A stretch of 64,000 nucleotides of DNA, from assembly GCA_001775395.1 (NCBI GenBank), contig MEWP01000160.1, positions 266 through 64,265 on the forward strand, in the 5' to 3' direction. Under the pieces are notes generated by a model. That model was not told the origin of the DNA and made no database searches. It saw only the letters and a list, made by a program, of their open reading frames with translations. How positions within the stretch are numbered: the first letter of the stretch is position 1; every line of letters begins with the position of its first letter. A program made the translations under genes and the position numbers. Source of the stretch: a candidate division Zixibacteria bacterium RBG_16_53_22. GTDB taxonomy: Bacteria; Zixibacteria; MSB-5A5; UBA10806. Positions 10,275 to 20,362 of this stretch are shown here, piece after piece.

Positions 10275-11064
10275 CAGGTCAAAGAGCCGGGAAACATGTC
10301 GAAACCGAGAATGAATCGGCGCCCGCGCGCAATATAGTGCTGAAACTGGAGTATTGCGGGCGGGATTTTCAGGGATGGCAGATTCAGGCCGGGGGCCGCA
10401 CCGTGCAGGGAGTCATTAAGGAAAATCTGGAGAAAGTTATCAGGCACGAGGTCAATTTGATCGGCGCCGGCAGAACAGACTCCGGAGTCCATGCCCTGGC
10501 CCAATATGCCAATTTTCGGACCTCGAATCCGGTTGCAATCGGCCAGATAAAACATAAACTGAACCAATTGCTGCCGGACGATATCGTTATCATGGATTGT
10601 TGGGAAGCGACTCCGCAATTCGATGCCAGGCGAAGCGCCGTTGAGCGGCAATATGCATATCTCATTTGCGAGAGGCCGTCGGCGATCAAGCGGCATTTAA
10701 CCTGGGTCTTGGGGCGAAAGCTCGACAGGGGCATGCTTGACCAGATGGCGGCGGTTGTCATGCGCGGCCGGAATTTCCGGAATTTCTGCAAATCCAAATC
10801 GCTTAAGGAAAATAGCGATTGCCGGGTGATGTCCGCCTCCTGGAGACGACGGAACGGATTGTTGAGATTCGAAATAACCGCCGACCGTTTTCTGCATAAT
10901 ATGGTGCGTCTATTGGTGGGCACCATGGTGTCCGTTCTTGATGGCGCCATTACGATGAGGCAATTTGAAAAAGCGGTCTTGGCGGAAATAAATGAAAAAG
11001 CGAAATATATTGCGCCTGCTTGCGGTCTATATCTGGCCGCGGTGAAATATGAAAGGGGTATTCG

Positions 11065-11068
<4 letters not shown>
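10271..11068 (+). CDS. truA: tRNA pseudouridine(38-40) synthase
   Basis: [30 protein letters not shown]. Confidence 0.96.
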
Positions 11069-11708
<640 letters not shown>

Positions 11709-11712
<4 letters not shown>

Positions 11713-13004
11713 TCGAGCGCTACACCCTGCCGGAAATGGCCGAGCTCTGGTCGGAGAAAAATAAATTCGACACCTGGCTTCTGATAGAGTTAGCAGTATG
11801 CGAAGTTAGGGCGGCGCGCGGCGAGATCCCGCGAAAAGCGCTGGCCAACATCAAGAAAAGAGTTGCATTCGACCCTCAGCGTATCGCCGAAATCGAGGCC
11901 GAGGTCAATCATGATGTCATAGCGTTCCTGACCAATATTGCGGAGAATATAGGGTCGGATTCAAAATATATCCACGTGGGCTTGACATCATCGGATATTC
12001 TCGACACTGCCCTTGGGTATCTCATGAAACAGGCGGGGTCGATTATCAGAAAAAAGCTTGTGGCGATTGCAGACCTGCTGGCAGAGAAAGCCGTTAAGTA
12101 CGACAAGTCGCTTTGTATCGGACGGACACACGGGGTGCATGCCGAACCGACCGTTTTCGGCTTGAAGCTGGCCCTCTGGTGTTCCGAGTTTCGCCGCGAC
12201 ATAAGGCGACTGGACGCGGCAATCGAGGACGTGGCGGTGGGGAAACTCTCGGGCGCGGTTGGCAATTTCGCCCACATCGATCCTGAGATAGAGGAGCAGG
12301 TTTGCCGGCGGCTGGGGCTTGGCGCGGCCGAGGTCTCAACGCAAGTGATTCAGCGGGACCGCCATGCGCATTTTCTGGCGACTCTGGCGGTGATCGGCGG
12401 GACAGTAGAGAAGATCGCGACCGAGATCAGAAATTTGCAGCGCACCGAAATTCTGGAGCTCGAAGAGGGATTCGGGCGCCGCCAGAAAGGCTCATCGGCC
12501 ATGCCGCATAAAAGAAATCCTGTCACCTGCGAGCGTCTGGCGGGCCTGGCCAGGGTGATCAGGGCCAACTCGATGGCCGCCATGGAGAACATGGCCCTCT
12601 GGCACGAGCGCGATATAACGCACTCCTCGGTGGAACGCATCATCATTCCCGATTCGACGACGCTCCTGTACTACATGCTGGAGAGACTTCATTTCGTGCT
12701 ATCAAACCTGGTTGTCAATACCGATAATATGAGAAGAAACCTGGAATTGACGCGGGGATTGATATTCTCCCAGCGGCTGCTGCTCGGCTTGACAGAGCGC
12801 ATGAAGACTCGTGAGGCGGCTTATGAGGCAGTTCAGGAACTGGCTATGAAAAGCTGGAGGGATAAGCTCGATTTCAAGGAAATGGTTGAACGCTCTCCGG
12901 TAATTAGAAAATATTTAAAGCCAAGAGAGATCGAGGCGTTGTTCGATTATGGCTATTTCAGCCGGCGGGCGGGCGATATCATAAGAAGGGCGGTAGCCGA
13001 ATGA
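11709..13004 (+). CDS. purB: Adenylosuccinate lyase
   Basis: [27 protein letters not shown]. Confidence 0.97.
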
Positions 13005-13621
13005 CCAAAGAAGGCGCGATTTTCCCGATACCATTTTATATTATTGCCATCATCCTCTTTGTGGTCTTTCACCGAAATACGAATATAACGTACCTTTATT
13101 TATCGGCTGGCGTGTTTTATTTCGGCCTGATCATTATGTTGTTTTTCCGCGACCCCGACAGGAAAGTCCCGGAAGGGGAGAAACTGGTTATTTCACCTGC
13201 CGATGGGAAAGTGATCAGGCTGGATGGAAACAACGATTCGCCATCGGCCTCGATATTCCTGGCCCTCTACAATGTCCATGTCAACAGGTCGCCTGTGGAC
13301 GGAGTCATCAAATCGGTGACTCATCATCCGGGTAAATTTCATGCGGCATTCCGCAGCGAGGCGATGAAGGAGAACCAGCGCAACGAGGTCGAGATCCAAA
13401 CCTCCAACGGAATCGTGCGGATGCATCAAGTGACCGGGGCTCTGGCGCGCCGGGCGATATTCTACAAAAGGCCCGGCGAACGGGTAAAAGCGGGGGAGAG
13501 AGTCGGGCTAATTCGTTTCGGGAGCCGGGTCGACCTGTTCCTTCCGTCGGGAACGAAATTGGATCTTAGTTTGAACCGCAGGGTGCGGGCGGGTGAAACT
13601 GTTATAGGGATGCTGCCGTGA
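13001..13621 (+). CDS. psd: Phosphatidylserine decarboxylase proenzyme
   Basis: FFRDPDR, SPADG, HVNRSP, FGS self-cleavage motif. Confidence 0.93.
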   Translation: MTKEGAIFPIPFYIIAIILFVVFHRNTNITYLYLSAGVFYFGLIIMLFFRDPDRKVPEGEKLVISPADGKVIRLDGNNDSPSASIFLALYNVHVNRSPVDGVIKSVTHHPGKFHAAFRSEAMKENQRNEVEIQTSNGIVRMHQVTGALARRAIFYKRPGERVKAGERVGLIRFGSRVDLFLPSGTKLDLSLNRRVRAGETVIGMLP

Positions 13622-14397
13622 GGGATATCAAGGGAATACTCCCCGGGATGTTCACCATGGGTAATTTGGCCTGCGGATTTGGCGCGATCGTGTTGGCCGG
13701 CGGGGCCGGTGGCGCAGTGAGCACCAACGTGACCCGCAATCTGTTCGAGGCCGTGTGGCTTATCATTCTGGCGGCTTTTTTTGATTTTCTCGATGGTTTG
13801 ATTGCGCGATTCTCCAAGTCTTACTCCAGATTTGGGGTGGAGTTGGATTCACTGACCGATATCGTCTCATTTGGTGTGGCCCCAGCGGTGATACTGGTTA
13901 GTTATTCGCTAATTTCACATGGCCATTGGGCATGGATTCTCGGTTTCGTTTACCTGATGGCGGCGAATTATCGTCTGGCGCGGTTCAATCTGTCGGCCTC
14001 CTTGGAAAAGAAGGCGAATTTCGTCGGCCTTCCGGTCCCATCGGCAGCGATAGCCATAGTATCATACATATTGTTTTCCTATGAGCTTTGGGGCGAGATC
14101 AGGATGGAACGCTTCTTCGTCATTTTGGCTCTGGCCTCATCGGCCCTGATGGTCTCGACAGTCGAATTCGAAACCATGCCGCGGTTCGATTTCACGCAAG
14201 CGAAAAATAGGATTAAGGTCTTTTTCATACTCCTGGCGGCGGTCGCGATCATGATTAATGCCTCGCTGATGATATTTCCTTTTGTGCTTCTGTATATTCT
14301 CTACGGGGTGGTCAAGCTGATGATCATGATATTTGTCGGCGCCAAAAAGGTGACCAAGAAGAAATCCCCGGGTGAGGCAGTAACGCATGGCGATTAA
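13618..14397 (+). CDS. pssA: CDP-diacylglycerol--serine O-phosphatidyltransferase
   Basis: DFLDGLIAR...FGVELDSLTD CDP-alcohol motif, RLARFN, FVGLPVP; next to psd. Confidence 0.93.
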   Translation: MRDIKGILPGMFTMGNLACGFGAIVLAGGAGGAVSTNVTRNLFEAVWLIILAAFFDFLDGLIARFSKSYSRFGVELDSLTDIVSFGVAPAVILVSYSLISHGHWAWILGFVYLMAANYRLARFNLSASLEKKANFVGLPVPSAAIAIVSYILFSYELWGEIRMERFFVILALASSALMVSTVEFETMPRFDFTQAKNRIKVFFILLAAVAIMINASLMIFPFVLLYILYGVVKLMIMIFVGAKKVTKKKSPGEAVTHGD

Positions 14398-14413
14398 CAG
14401 TGGGAGCGACCCT

Positions 14414-14662
14414 ATGAGATTTTCGGCAAGTATCAAAGTAGTTCTCAAGGATGGTGTTTTGGATCCTCAAGGTGAAACCATAGGCCGTGCCCTGAAAGAC
14501 CTTGGATTCGAATCTATCGTCAGCGCCTCGTCTGGCAGGATTTTCAGGCTCGATATCGACGCCGAGACTGAAGCCCAGGCCCGGAAAATCGCAGGCGAGG
14601 CGGCCTCGAAACTGCTGGCCAATCCTGTCATTGAACGGTATGAAGTGGAGATGGCCAAATGA
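14414..14662 (+). CDS. purS: FGAM synthase subunit PurS
   Basis: VLDPQG, LLANPVIE. Confidence 0.95.
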   Translation: MRFSASIKVVLKDGVLDPQGETIGRALKDLGFESIVSASSGRIFRLDIDAETEAQARKIAGEAASKLLANPVIERYEVEMAK

Positions 14663-15366
14663 AAGTCGGCGTCGTAGTATTCCCCGGATCCAATTGCGAT
14701 CATGACGCTTATAGCGCATTCAAGCTGGTCAAGGGGGTTACGGTTTCGTATCTCTGGCATGGCTCGCAGGACCTGGCGGGAGCGGAAATTGTGGTTCTTC
14801 CGGGCGGTTTTTCCTATGGCGATTATCTTCGAGCAGGTGCGATCGCTCGCTTCTCGCCAATAATGAAGAAGGTGATCGAATTTGCCCGCGGCGGCGGTAT
14901 CGTGCTGGGAATCTGCAATGGATTCCAGATCCTGACAGAATCGGGGCTGCTTCCCGGAGCGCTGATGAGAAACAGCGGTTTGCGTTTCATTTGCAGGCAG
15001 GTTATCTTAAGGGTGGAAAATGTCAACACGCTTCTGACCGCTGACATCAAAACCGACAGGCTTCTCAGGATGCCGGTGGCGCATGGCGAAGGGGGGTATT
15101 TTGTAGATGATGCGACTTTGGTCGACTTGGAAAAAAGGGGACAGGTCATTTTCCGTTATGTCGATGCCGAGGGGGTGGTGACGGCAAATGCCAACCCCAA
15201 TGGGTCGGTGAACAATATTGCAGGTATAATGAATATCGAGGGAAACGTGTACGGCATGATGCCCCATCCCGAGAGAGCTTGCGAGCCTGTCTTGGGTTCA
15301 AATGATGGTTTATCATTGGTCAAGTCACTTTGTTCACAGGTGGCGGGAGGCGCAATTGCGAGATAA
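14659..15366 (+). CDS. purQ: FGAM synthase glutaminase subunit PurQ
   Basis: FPGSNCD, PGGFSYGDYLR, GICNGFQ, MMPHPER. Confidence 0.97.
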   Translation: MKVGVVVFPGSNCDHDAYSAFKLVKGVTVSYLWHGSQDLAGAEIVVLPGGFSYGDYLRAGAIARFSPIMKKVIEFARGGGIVLGICNGFQILTESGLLPGALMRNSGLRFICRQVILRVENVNTLLTADIKTDRLLRMPVAHGEGGYFVDDATLVDLEKRGQVIFRYVDAEGVVTANANPNGSVNNIAGIMNIEGNVYGMMPHPERACEPVLGSNDGLSLVKSLCSQVAGGAIAR

Positions 15367-15655
15367 GGAAATCAGATTCGTAATCTTCTCGCTGCTCATG
15401 GCGGCGATAATCGGGGGATTTGTGGGTGAATTTATCGGCTCATATCTTCCCGAGGGTGCCGTAAAGACCCTTTTTGTCAAGAGCCTGGATATCGGTATCG
15501 GGCAGCGGGGTTTAGCCGTAAACGAAATTCAGGAACCGGTTTATATCAACCTCTACAGCATTTCGCTGGCTTTCGGCCTGTTGATTAAGATTAATTTTGT
15601 GTCGCTTTTATTAATCATACTTGTTATAATTTACTTTAAATGGTGGTACTTATAA
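15356..15655 (+). CDS. Small membrane protein, DUF4321-like
   Basis: GGGAGG RBS before TTG 15356; two hydrophobic segments; upstream of tatA. Confidence 0.65.
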   Translation: MRDKEIRFVIFSLLMAAIIGGFVGEFIGSYLPEGAVKTLFVKSLDIGIGQRGLAVNEIQEPVYINLYSISLAFGLLIKINFVSLLLIILVIIYFKWWYL

Positions 15656-15671
15656 TACGCGAGGTGAATAA

Positions 15672-15920
15672 ATGGAAAGATTAATATTATTATCCATGCC
15701 CGGCGGCACCGAGCTTCTGCTTCTGATGCTGGTGGTGCTGATCTTGTTTGGCGCCAGGCGCATTCCGGAGGTGGCCCAAAACCTGGGCAAGGGAATAAGA
15801 GAATTCAAGAAATCGATGAAAGAAGTGCAATCGGAGATCGATTCGGCGGATCCCCAAAAAGATAAAATTGAAAAATCCAAGCAGGATAGCATCGGACGGC
15901 CGGATAAACCTAATGAATAA
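15672..15920 (+). CDS. tatA: Twin-arginine translocase TatA/E
   Basis: LILFGARRIPEVAQNLGKGIREFKK. Confidence 0.93.
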   Translation: MERLILLSMPGGTELLLLMLVVLILFGARRIPEVAQNLGKGIREFKKSMKEVQSEIDSADPQKDKIEKSKQDSIGRPDKPNE

Positions 15921-16374
15921 GCCTGTTTTTTCCAAAGAGGATATCGACCGGATCGCCGCCTGCCTGGGAAATCTCAAGGTGTCCGACAATAAGGATCATT
16001 ACAGGCTGAAGCTTTCGAATCCGGGGGAAAAACGTCAGCTCTCGCTTGAAATTTACCCGGAGGTTTCGCTGGGAGAGCACTCCAAAGGCGCCTTGATTGT
16101 GGTTTATACGCAGAACTGCCATCTGCAACTGCATGATTGCTCAGGTTACGTGGTCTCGGAGGAACTGGGTGAGGTGACTTTCGTCTCAGAGACGCCCGGC
16201 AAGATATCCGGCTTAGTTGTCGAAAAGGAGGCGGCCTGTTCGCTTTATTCGAATGCCGAGCGGGGATTGATATCGGACGATTTCACCAGGTTTGGGGTCG
16301 AGGTGATGCTATCGGGGGTGGCGCTTAGCCTGGCGGAGGAAATCTTATCCTCGAAGAGCGGTTCTGAGCAGTAG
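15913..16374 (+). CDS. Hypothetical protein
   Basis: Open frame overlapping the tatA stop and filling the gap before the Rrf2 gene; no motif recognised. Confidence 0.7.
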   Translation: MNKPVFSKEDIDRIAACLGNLKVSDNKDHYRLKLSNPGEKRQLSLEIYPEVSLGEHSKGALIVVYTQNCHLQLHDCSGYVVSEELGEVTFVSETPGKISGLVVEKEAACSLYSNAERGLISDDFTRFGVEVMLSGVALSLAEEILSSKSGSEQ

Positions 16375-16396
16375 GCAAAGAAATTTTTTCCCTCAT

Positions 16397-16421
16397 TACA
16401 TGGACTTTAACGGTCGATAAG
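16397..16421 (+). promoter_or_regulatory. Probable Rrf2/IscR-type autoregulatory operator
   Basis: GACT-TTAAC-GGTC (16403-16415) resembles the IscR type-1 core GACT-N5-AGTC, just upstream of the Rrf2 start. Confidence 0.45.
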
Positions 16422-16428
16422 GTGACAT

Positions 16429-16830
16429 ATGCAATTCACGAGGAAAGGCGATTATGCGTTGCGGGCCATGGTCTACCTGGCCGATTCCCAAAACAGCTCC
16501 ACGCACACAATTGATGAGATTTCAAGAAACAGCAAGGTGCCCCGTCATTTCCTGGCCAAAATATTGAAGGACCTGACTAGAGCCAATCTCTTAATAGCGG
16601 TCAAGGGGGCCAGGGGCGGCTACAGGCTTTCGCGCCAGGCATCGGAAATCAGCTTGCTGGAGGTGATCGAGGCCACGATCGGCCAGATAGCATTAAATCT
16701 TTGCAACGAAGGTGTCGATCGATGCCCCGACAGCGAAACCTGCGGGCTTTACCCGGTCTGGGATCAAGCCTCAACGGCGGTGAAGAACATATTCGGGCAG
16801 ACCAAGTTAAGCTCGCTGAAATCCAAATAG
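16429..16830 (+). CDS. Rrf2-family transcription regulator (IscR-like, three Cys)
   Basis: DYALRAM, GARGGYRL, C-x6-C-x5-C; heads iscS-iscU. Confidence 0.92.
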   Translation: MQFTRKGDYALRAMVYLADSQNSSTHTIDEISRNSKVPRHFLAKILKDLTRANLLIAVKGARGGYRLSRQASEISLLEVIEATIGQIALNLCNEGVDRCPDSETCGLYPVWDQASTAVKNIFGQTKLSSLKSK

Positions 16831-16836
16831 GAATTT

Positions 16837-18039
16837 ATGTCAGGAAATTTCATATATTTCGATAACATAAACACCACGTTTCCCGATGAAGAAGTTGTCG
16901 CCTGCATGGAACAGGCGCTGCATTCCAAATTAGGGAATCCATCGGCCCATATACACTCCGCCGGAATCGATGCTGCCAGATTGCTCGATAATTCCAGAGC
17001 CAAAGTCGCCGCGCTGATAGGCGCTCAGCCCGATTCAGTAATATTCACATCGGGTGCGACTGAGGCGAACAATCTCGCCATCAGCGGTTTCATGGGGGCC
17101 AATCCCGATTATCAACTGGCAGTTCTATCCATAGAACATTTTTCAATAATTAATCAGGCCCGCAAATCTAAATTAGGCGGGCGGAATGTATTATTCATCG
17201 ATGTCGACAGAACCGGGTTGGCAAATCTGGAACAGCTCGCCGAATTTGTCAGGTCCGGCCCAACATTGGTTTCGATCGCTTACGCCAATCCAGAAATAGG
17301 AACCGTCCAGCAAGTCGAGCAGATCTGTCGAATCTGTCGGGACCAGGGAGCGACTTACCATTGCGATGCCACAGTCGCCGCATCCACCCACGCGATAGAT
17401 GTCGGCAAGCTCGGTATTGATCTGCTCACTCTGTCGGGGCATAACATATATGGGCCGACCGGAATAGGCGCCCTTTTCATTGAAAAAGGGGTTAATATGC
17501 GCTCGTTGTTTGAGGGTGGCAACCAGGAGCATGGCATCAGGCCGGGCACCGAAAATATCGTGGGCGCCGTCGGATTCGGAAAGGCCTGCGAAATGGCTGT
17601 CGCAAACAGGATGAAATGGTCCCGTGAAATATCCGTCATGGGCTGTCGCCTTTGGCAGGGATTATCAGAAAATGTGCCTTTCATTCATCTAACCGGCCAT
17701 CCCGAGAAAAGGCTTGCCGGGCATGTTTCATTCTGGGTGGAGCATATCGAGGGGGAGTCGATTCTTCTCCTCCTCAACATGAAAGGTTTCATGGCAGCCT
17801 CCGGCTCGGCATGCAGCTCGAATCTCAAGGGCGAGGACGAGACGGACCTGGTGGCCTCGCACGTGCTGACCGCGGTTGGAGTCCCCGCGGATATTTGCGC
17901 CGGCTCGTTGACTCTGACCCTTGGGAAATACAATACCATTGAAGAAGTCGAATCCGTCATAAATATCATGCCGGGATTAGTCGAGAAACTGCTGGCGATG
18001 TCGCCCAGTTATAGTGACTATATGAGGAAGAAGGAGTAA
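16837..18039 (+). CDS. iscS: IscS/NifS-like cysteine desulfurase homolog lacking the PLP lysine
   Basis: [31 protein letters not shown] replaces SGHK. Confidence 0.88.
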   Translation: MSGNFIYFDNINTTFPDEEVVACMEQALHSKLGNPSAHIHSAGIDAARLLDNSRAKVAALIGAQPDSVIFTSGATEANNLAISGFMGANPDYQLAVLSIEHFSIINQARKSKLGGRNVLFIDVDRTGLANLEQLAEFVRSGPTLVSIAYANPEIGTVQQVEQICRICRDQGATYHCDATVAASTHAIDVGKLGIDLLTLSGHNIYGPTGIGALFIEKGVNMRSLFEGGNQEHGIRPGTENIVGAVGFGKACEMAVANRMKWSREISVMGCRLWQGLSENVPFIHLTGHPEKRLAGHVSFWVEHIEGESILLLLNMKGFMAASGSACSSNLKGEDETDLVASHVLTAVGVPADICAGSLTLTLGKYNTIEEVESVINIMPGLVEKLLAMSPSYSDYMRKKE

Positions 18040-18043
18040 CCAG

Positions 18044-18433
18044 ATGGAAAATAAATCATTCCCATATTCCGAATTGGTGATGGAGCATTTCTCGAATCCG
18101 AGGAACATGGGCGAAATAGAGAACGCCTCGGCAGTAGGCAACGCCGGCAATCCCAATTGCGGCGATCTCATGCGTCTTTACCTCAAAATAGAGGATGGTA
18201 TCATTATCGATGCCAAATTCAAGACATTCGGCTGCGGGGCGGCCATAGCATCGTCCTCCATGCTCACCGAGATGTTGAAAGGCAAAAGGCTGGAGGATGC
18301 CCTGAAAATATCCAATCAGGCGGTAGCCGATGCGCTCGGGGGGCTTCCCCCGGTGAAAATCCATTGTTCGGTCATGGCCGAGGAAGCGCTAAAAGCGGCA
18401 ATGGAGGATTATGAAAAACGGAAGAATTCATAA
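18044..18433 (+). CDS. iscU: Fe-S cluster scaffold IscU/NifU-N
   Basis: [29 protein letters not shown]. Confidence 0.95.
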   Translation: MENKSFPYSELVMEHFSNPRNMGEIENASAVGNAGNPNCGDLMRLYLKIEDGIIIDAKFKTFGCGAAIASSSMLTEMLKGKRLEDALKISNQAVADALGGLPPVKIHCSVMAEEALKAAMEDYEKRKNS

Positions 18434-18453
18434 TTTTCACCCAATTCCAATCT

Positions 18454-18482
18454 GGCGTCGGATTTATTTCGGCGCTTTTTTT
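18454..18482 (+). terminator. Intrinsic terminator after iscU
   Basis: GGCGTCGGA-TTTAT-TTCGGCGCT hairpin followed by a T run. Confidence 0.75.
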
Positions 18483-18489
18483 ATTGCCA

Positions 18490-18637
18490 GGCCGGCCGGT
18501 TCCGCCCGCCCGCGCGGGCGGCAAACCCGCCCGAGATGCCGCTCGATTGATCTGTGGTGTTAAGCAAGCGCCGGCGAGCTTTCCTAGCTTACGCTGCGGC
18601 GGGTTCCGGGCCGAAAGGCCCGCGGAACCGGCCGGCC
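18490..18637. repeat. Structured intergenic element, copy 1 (four-way junction / REP-doublet-like; possible ncRNA)
   Basis: Perfect 16-bp terminal inverted repeat, two flanking hairpins and an 8-bp inner stem; same layout as 36957-37109. Confidence 0.75.
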
Positions 18638-18739
18638 AAACTTGAGGCGGGCGACGGTTTTCCAAAAAGCGCTTGACAATATCGGCGGCATGAATTTAAT
18701 AATGTCGAACTGAATGTTTCGTGCAAATATGGAGGTAGC

Positions 18740-19081
18740 ATGAAAAAGCACATTATCATTGCGGTTTTGGGATTTGGCTTGATGGTCGTGGCTTGCGACA
18801 AACAGCGAGCATTGGACAGGATATTGGCCGATCCGCAGATGAAGACATATATCATGGGCGAAATTATGAAGAGCGAACAGACCAGGGCTCAGATTGCCGA
18901 TTCCCTGTTCGCCGATCCCATTCTCACAAGCGCCTATTTGAACCGCCTTGTTCAAAACCAATACAGCAGAGAGGATTTGCTCAGACGAATCATGCAGGTC
19001 GACACTTCCGGTCTGTGGACAGTTTCGATATTGGCGGAGGATCCTCGTTTTAAAAATCAGATGAAGCAGGCATCCAAGTAG
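18740..19081 (+). CDS. Hypothetical lipoprotein
   Basis: GGAGG RBS; signal peptide with lipobox VVAC; TTGACA at 18673 upstream. Confidence 0.8.
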   Translation: MKKHIIIAVLGFGLMVVACDKQRALDRILADPQMKTYIMGEIMKSEQTRAQIADSLFADPILTSAYLNRLVQNQYSREDLLRRIMQVDTSGLWTVSILAEDPRFKNQMKQASK

Positions 19082-19109
19082 CCTGGCCGATAATGCGAAT
19101 GCAGGATAC

Positions 19110-19138
19110 GGCCGTACCTGGTAAGGTGCGGCCTTTTT
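19110..19138 (+). terminator. Intrinsic terminator
   Basis: GGCCGTACCT-GGTA-AGGTGCGGCC followed by TTTTT, between convergent genes. Confidence 0.75.
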
Positions 19139-19661
19139 AATTTCTCAGGGTATCGCGGAGCCTGACAATGACAAGCGCCCAGATAAGTGTCACGCTCATC
19201 AAAACTGCTACGATCAGGGGTGGTGACTGCGACACGTCCTTGACGATTTTCAAAATGGCTTCCGCTTGCGTGGCAATGTCGGATAAATTGATATCGAATG
19301 CCTGCGGGAAGCCGCTAATGATATCACGCGCATATCGGGTGATTGCACCCCGATAAAGGGCGACCATTAAGATCAGGCCGGCATAGACTGTCAAGATCAG
19401 TCCTATGCGAGCCATCTTTATGCGTCTCAGCATTCTGTGCGCGAATTTTTCGTAAGTCAGATTCGCCATCACATTATCGTAAATATCCAACGATGCCGGC
19501 AAAAGGTTGATATTTCCGATTTCGCGGGATATTTCCTCGGGCAATTCCAGGGTCTCTTGGCAACGAGCACAACCTTCCAAATGCGCCAGAATTGTGTCAT
19601 GGTCCAAAAGAGGATCGCCGGAAATCAGCGCATATTGAATCTGTCGGCAGTCAAACCGCAT
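19137..19661 (-). CDS. Membrane-anchored zinc-binding anti-sigma factor (ZAS)
   Basis: HLEGCARC (HxxxCxxC) plus two TM segments; overlaps the ECF sigma stop. Confidence 0.8.
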   Translation of the reverse strand: MRFDCRQIQYALISGDPLLDHDTILAHLEGCARCQETLELPEEISREIGNINLLPASLDIYDNVMANLTYEKFAHRMLRRIKMARIGLILTVYAGLILMVALYRGAITRYARDIISGFPQAFDINLSDIATQAEAILKIVKDVSQSPPLIVAVLMSVTLIWALVIVRLRDTLRN

Positions 19662-20262
19662 ATTTTTCCCAAAGCGTTTTCAATTCATGTTTGGCGCGGA
19701 AAAGCCTGATCTTGACTGTCCCAACGGGGCAATTGAGAACCTGAGCGATTTCCTCATATTTCAAATCATCGAAATAATGCAGCATGATAATTACCTTGTG
19801 TTCCGGCTTCAGGCGGTCGATAAGCCTCCTTATCGTCATTCTCAAGGGGATATTTTCACCGCTATCGAGGGGGGCATCGGGTTCGATCTCCTGGGCCGCG
19901 CTGGGAATCTTGTTTCTCTTTATATAATTCAGGGCCGTATTATGAGCAATTCGATAGAGCCATGTCTTAAATGATGATTTTTTCTCGAATCGCCGTAACG
20001 CCCTATATGCTCGAAGAAACGCCTCCTGGGATATATCCTTGGCGGAATCCTCGGATAATACCATTCCACGGATAAGTGTATAGATGAAATTTTCATATTT
20101 CTTAACGAGAATTCCGAAAGCCTCGATATCGCCATCGCCGACCCTGGCGATTATGTCTTCATCCGAAAGAGTGCCAGCCAGGCAATTCCTCAACGGGGGC
20201 GATGCCGGGATTGCATATCCCCGCACTATATTCAGTGCCAGGTTGTTGCTTATCATTTCCAT
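19651..20262 (-). CDS. ECF RNA polymerase sigma factor (SigW/RpoE-like)
   Basis: AKDISQEAFLRAY, FKTWLYRIAHN, YEEIAQVLNCPVGTVKIRLFRA; start at ATG 20262 inferred from the promoter position. Confidence 0.92.
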   Translation of the reverse strand: MEMISNNLALNIVRGYAIPASPPLRNCLAGTLSDEDIIARVGDGDIEAFGILVKKYENFIYTLIRGMVLSEDSAKDISQEAFLRAYRALRRFEKKSSFKTWLYRIAHNTALNYIKRNKIPSAAQEIEPDAPLDSGENIPLRMTIRRLIDRLKPEHKVIIMLHYFDDLKYEEIAQVLNCPVGTVKIRLFRAKHELKTLWEKYAV

Positions 20263-20268
20263 CTCTCT

Positions 20269-20338
20269 GACATTAGATACGAGGAAATTGTTTCCCCGGA
20301 TTCCTTTTTTTTGAAACATTTTCGGCCATTATATTGTC
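20269..20338. promoter_or_regulatory. Back-to-back ECF-type promoters GAAAC-N17-TGTC
   Basis: Minus strand: GAAAC 20294-20290, TGTC 20272-20269. Plus strand: GAAAC 20313-20317, TGTC 20335-20338. Confidence 0.7.
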
Positions 20339-20362
20339 CAAGCGAAAAAAGAAGGAGGAATA

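Noticed and set aside
18490..18637. SRP RNA, HDV-like ribozyme or 6S RNA identity
   Set aside because: No SRP helix-8 motif (CAGG..GNRA..AGCAG), no nested pseudoknot, and no long rod with a central bubble; a short match to the E. coli 6S 3' end on the minus strand is probably chance.
18372..18961. Minus-strand ORFs across the iscU-lipoprotein gap, and 36933-37325 on the plus strand
   Set aside because: Translations of the GC-rich structured elements or antisense to real genes.
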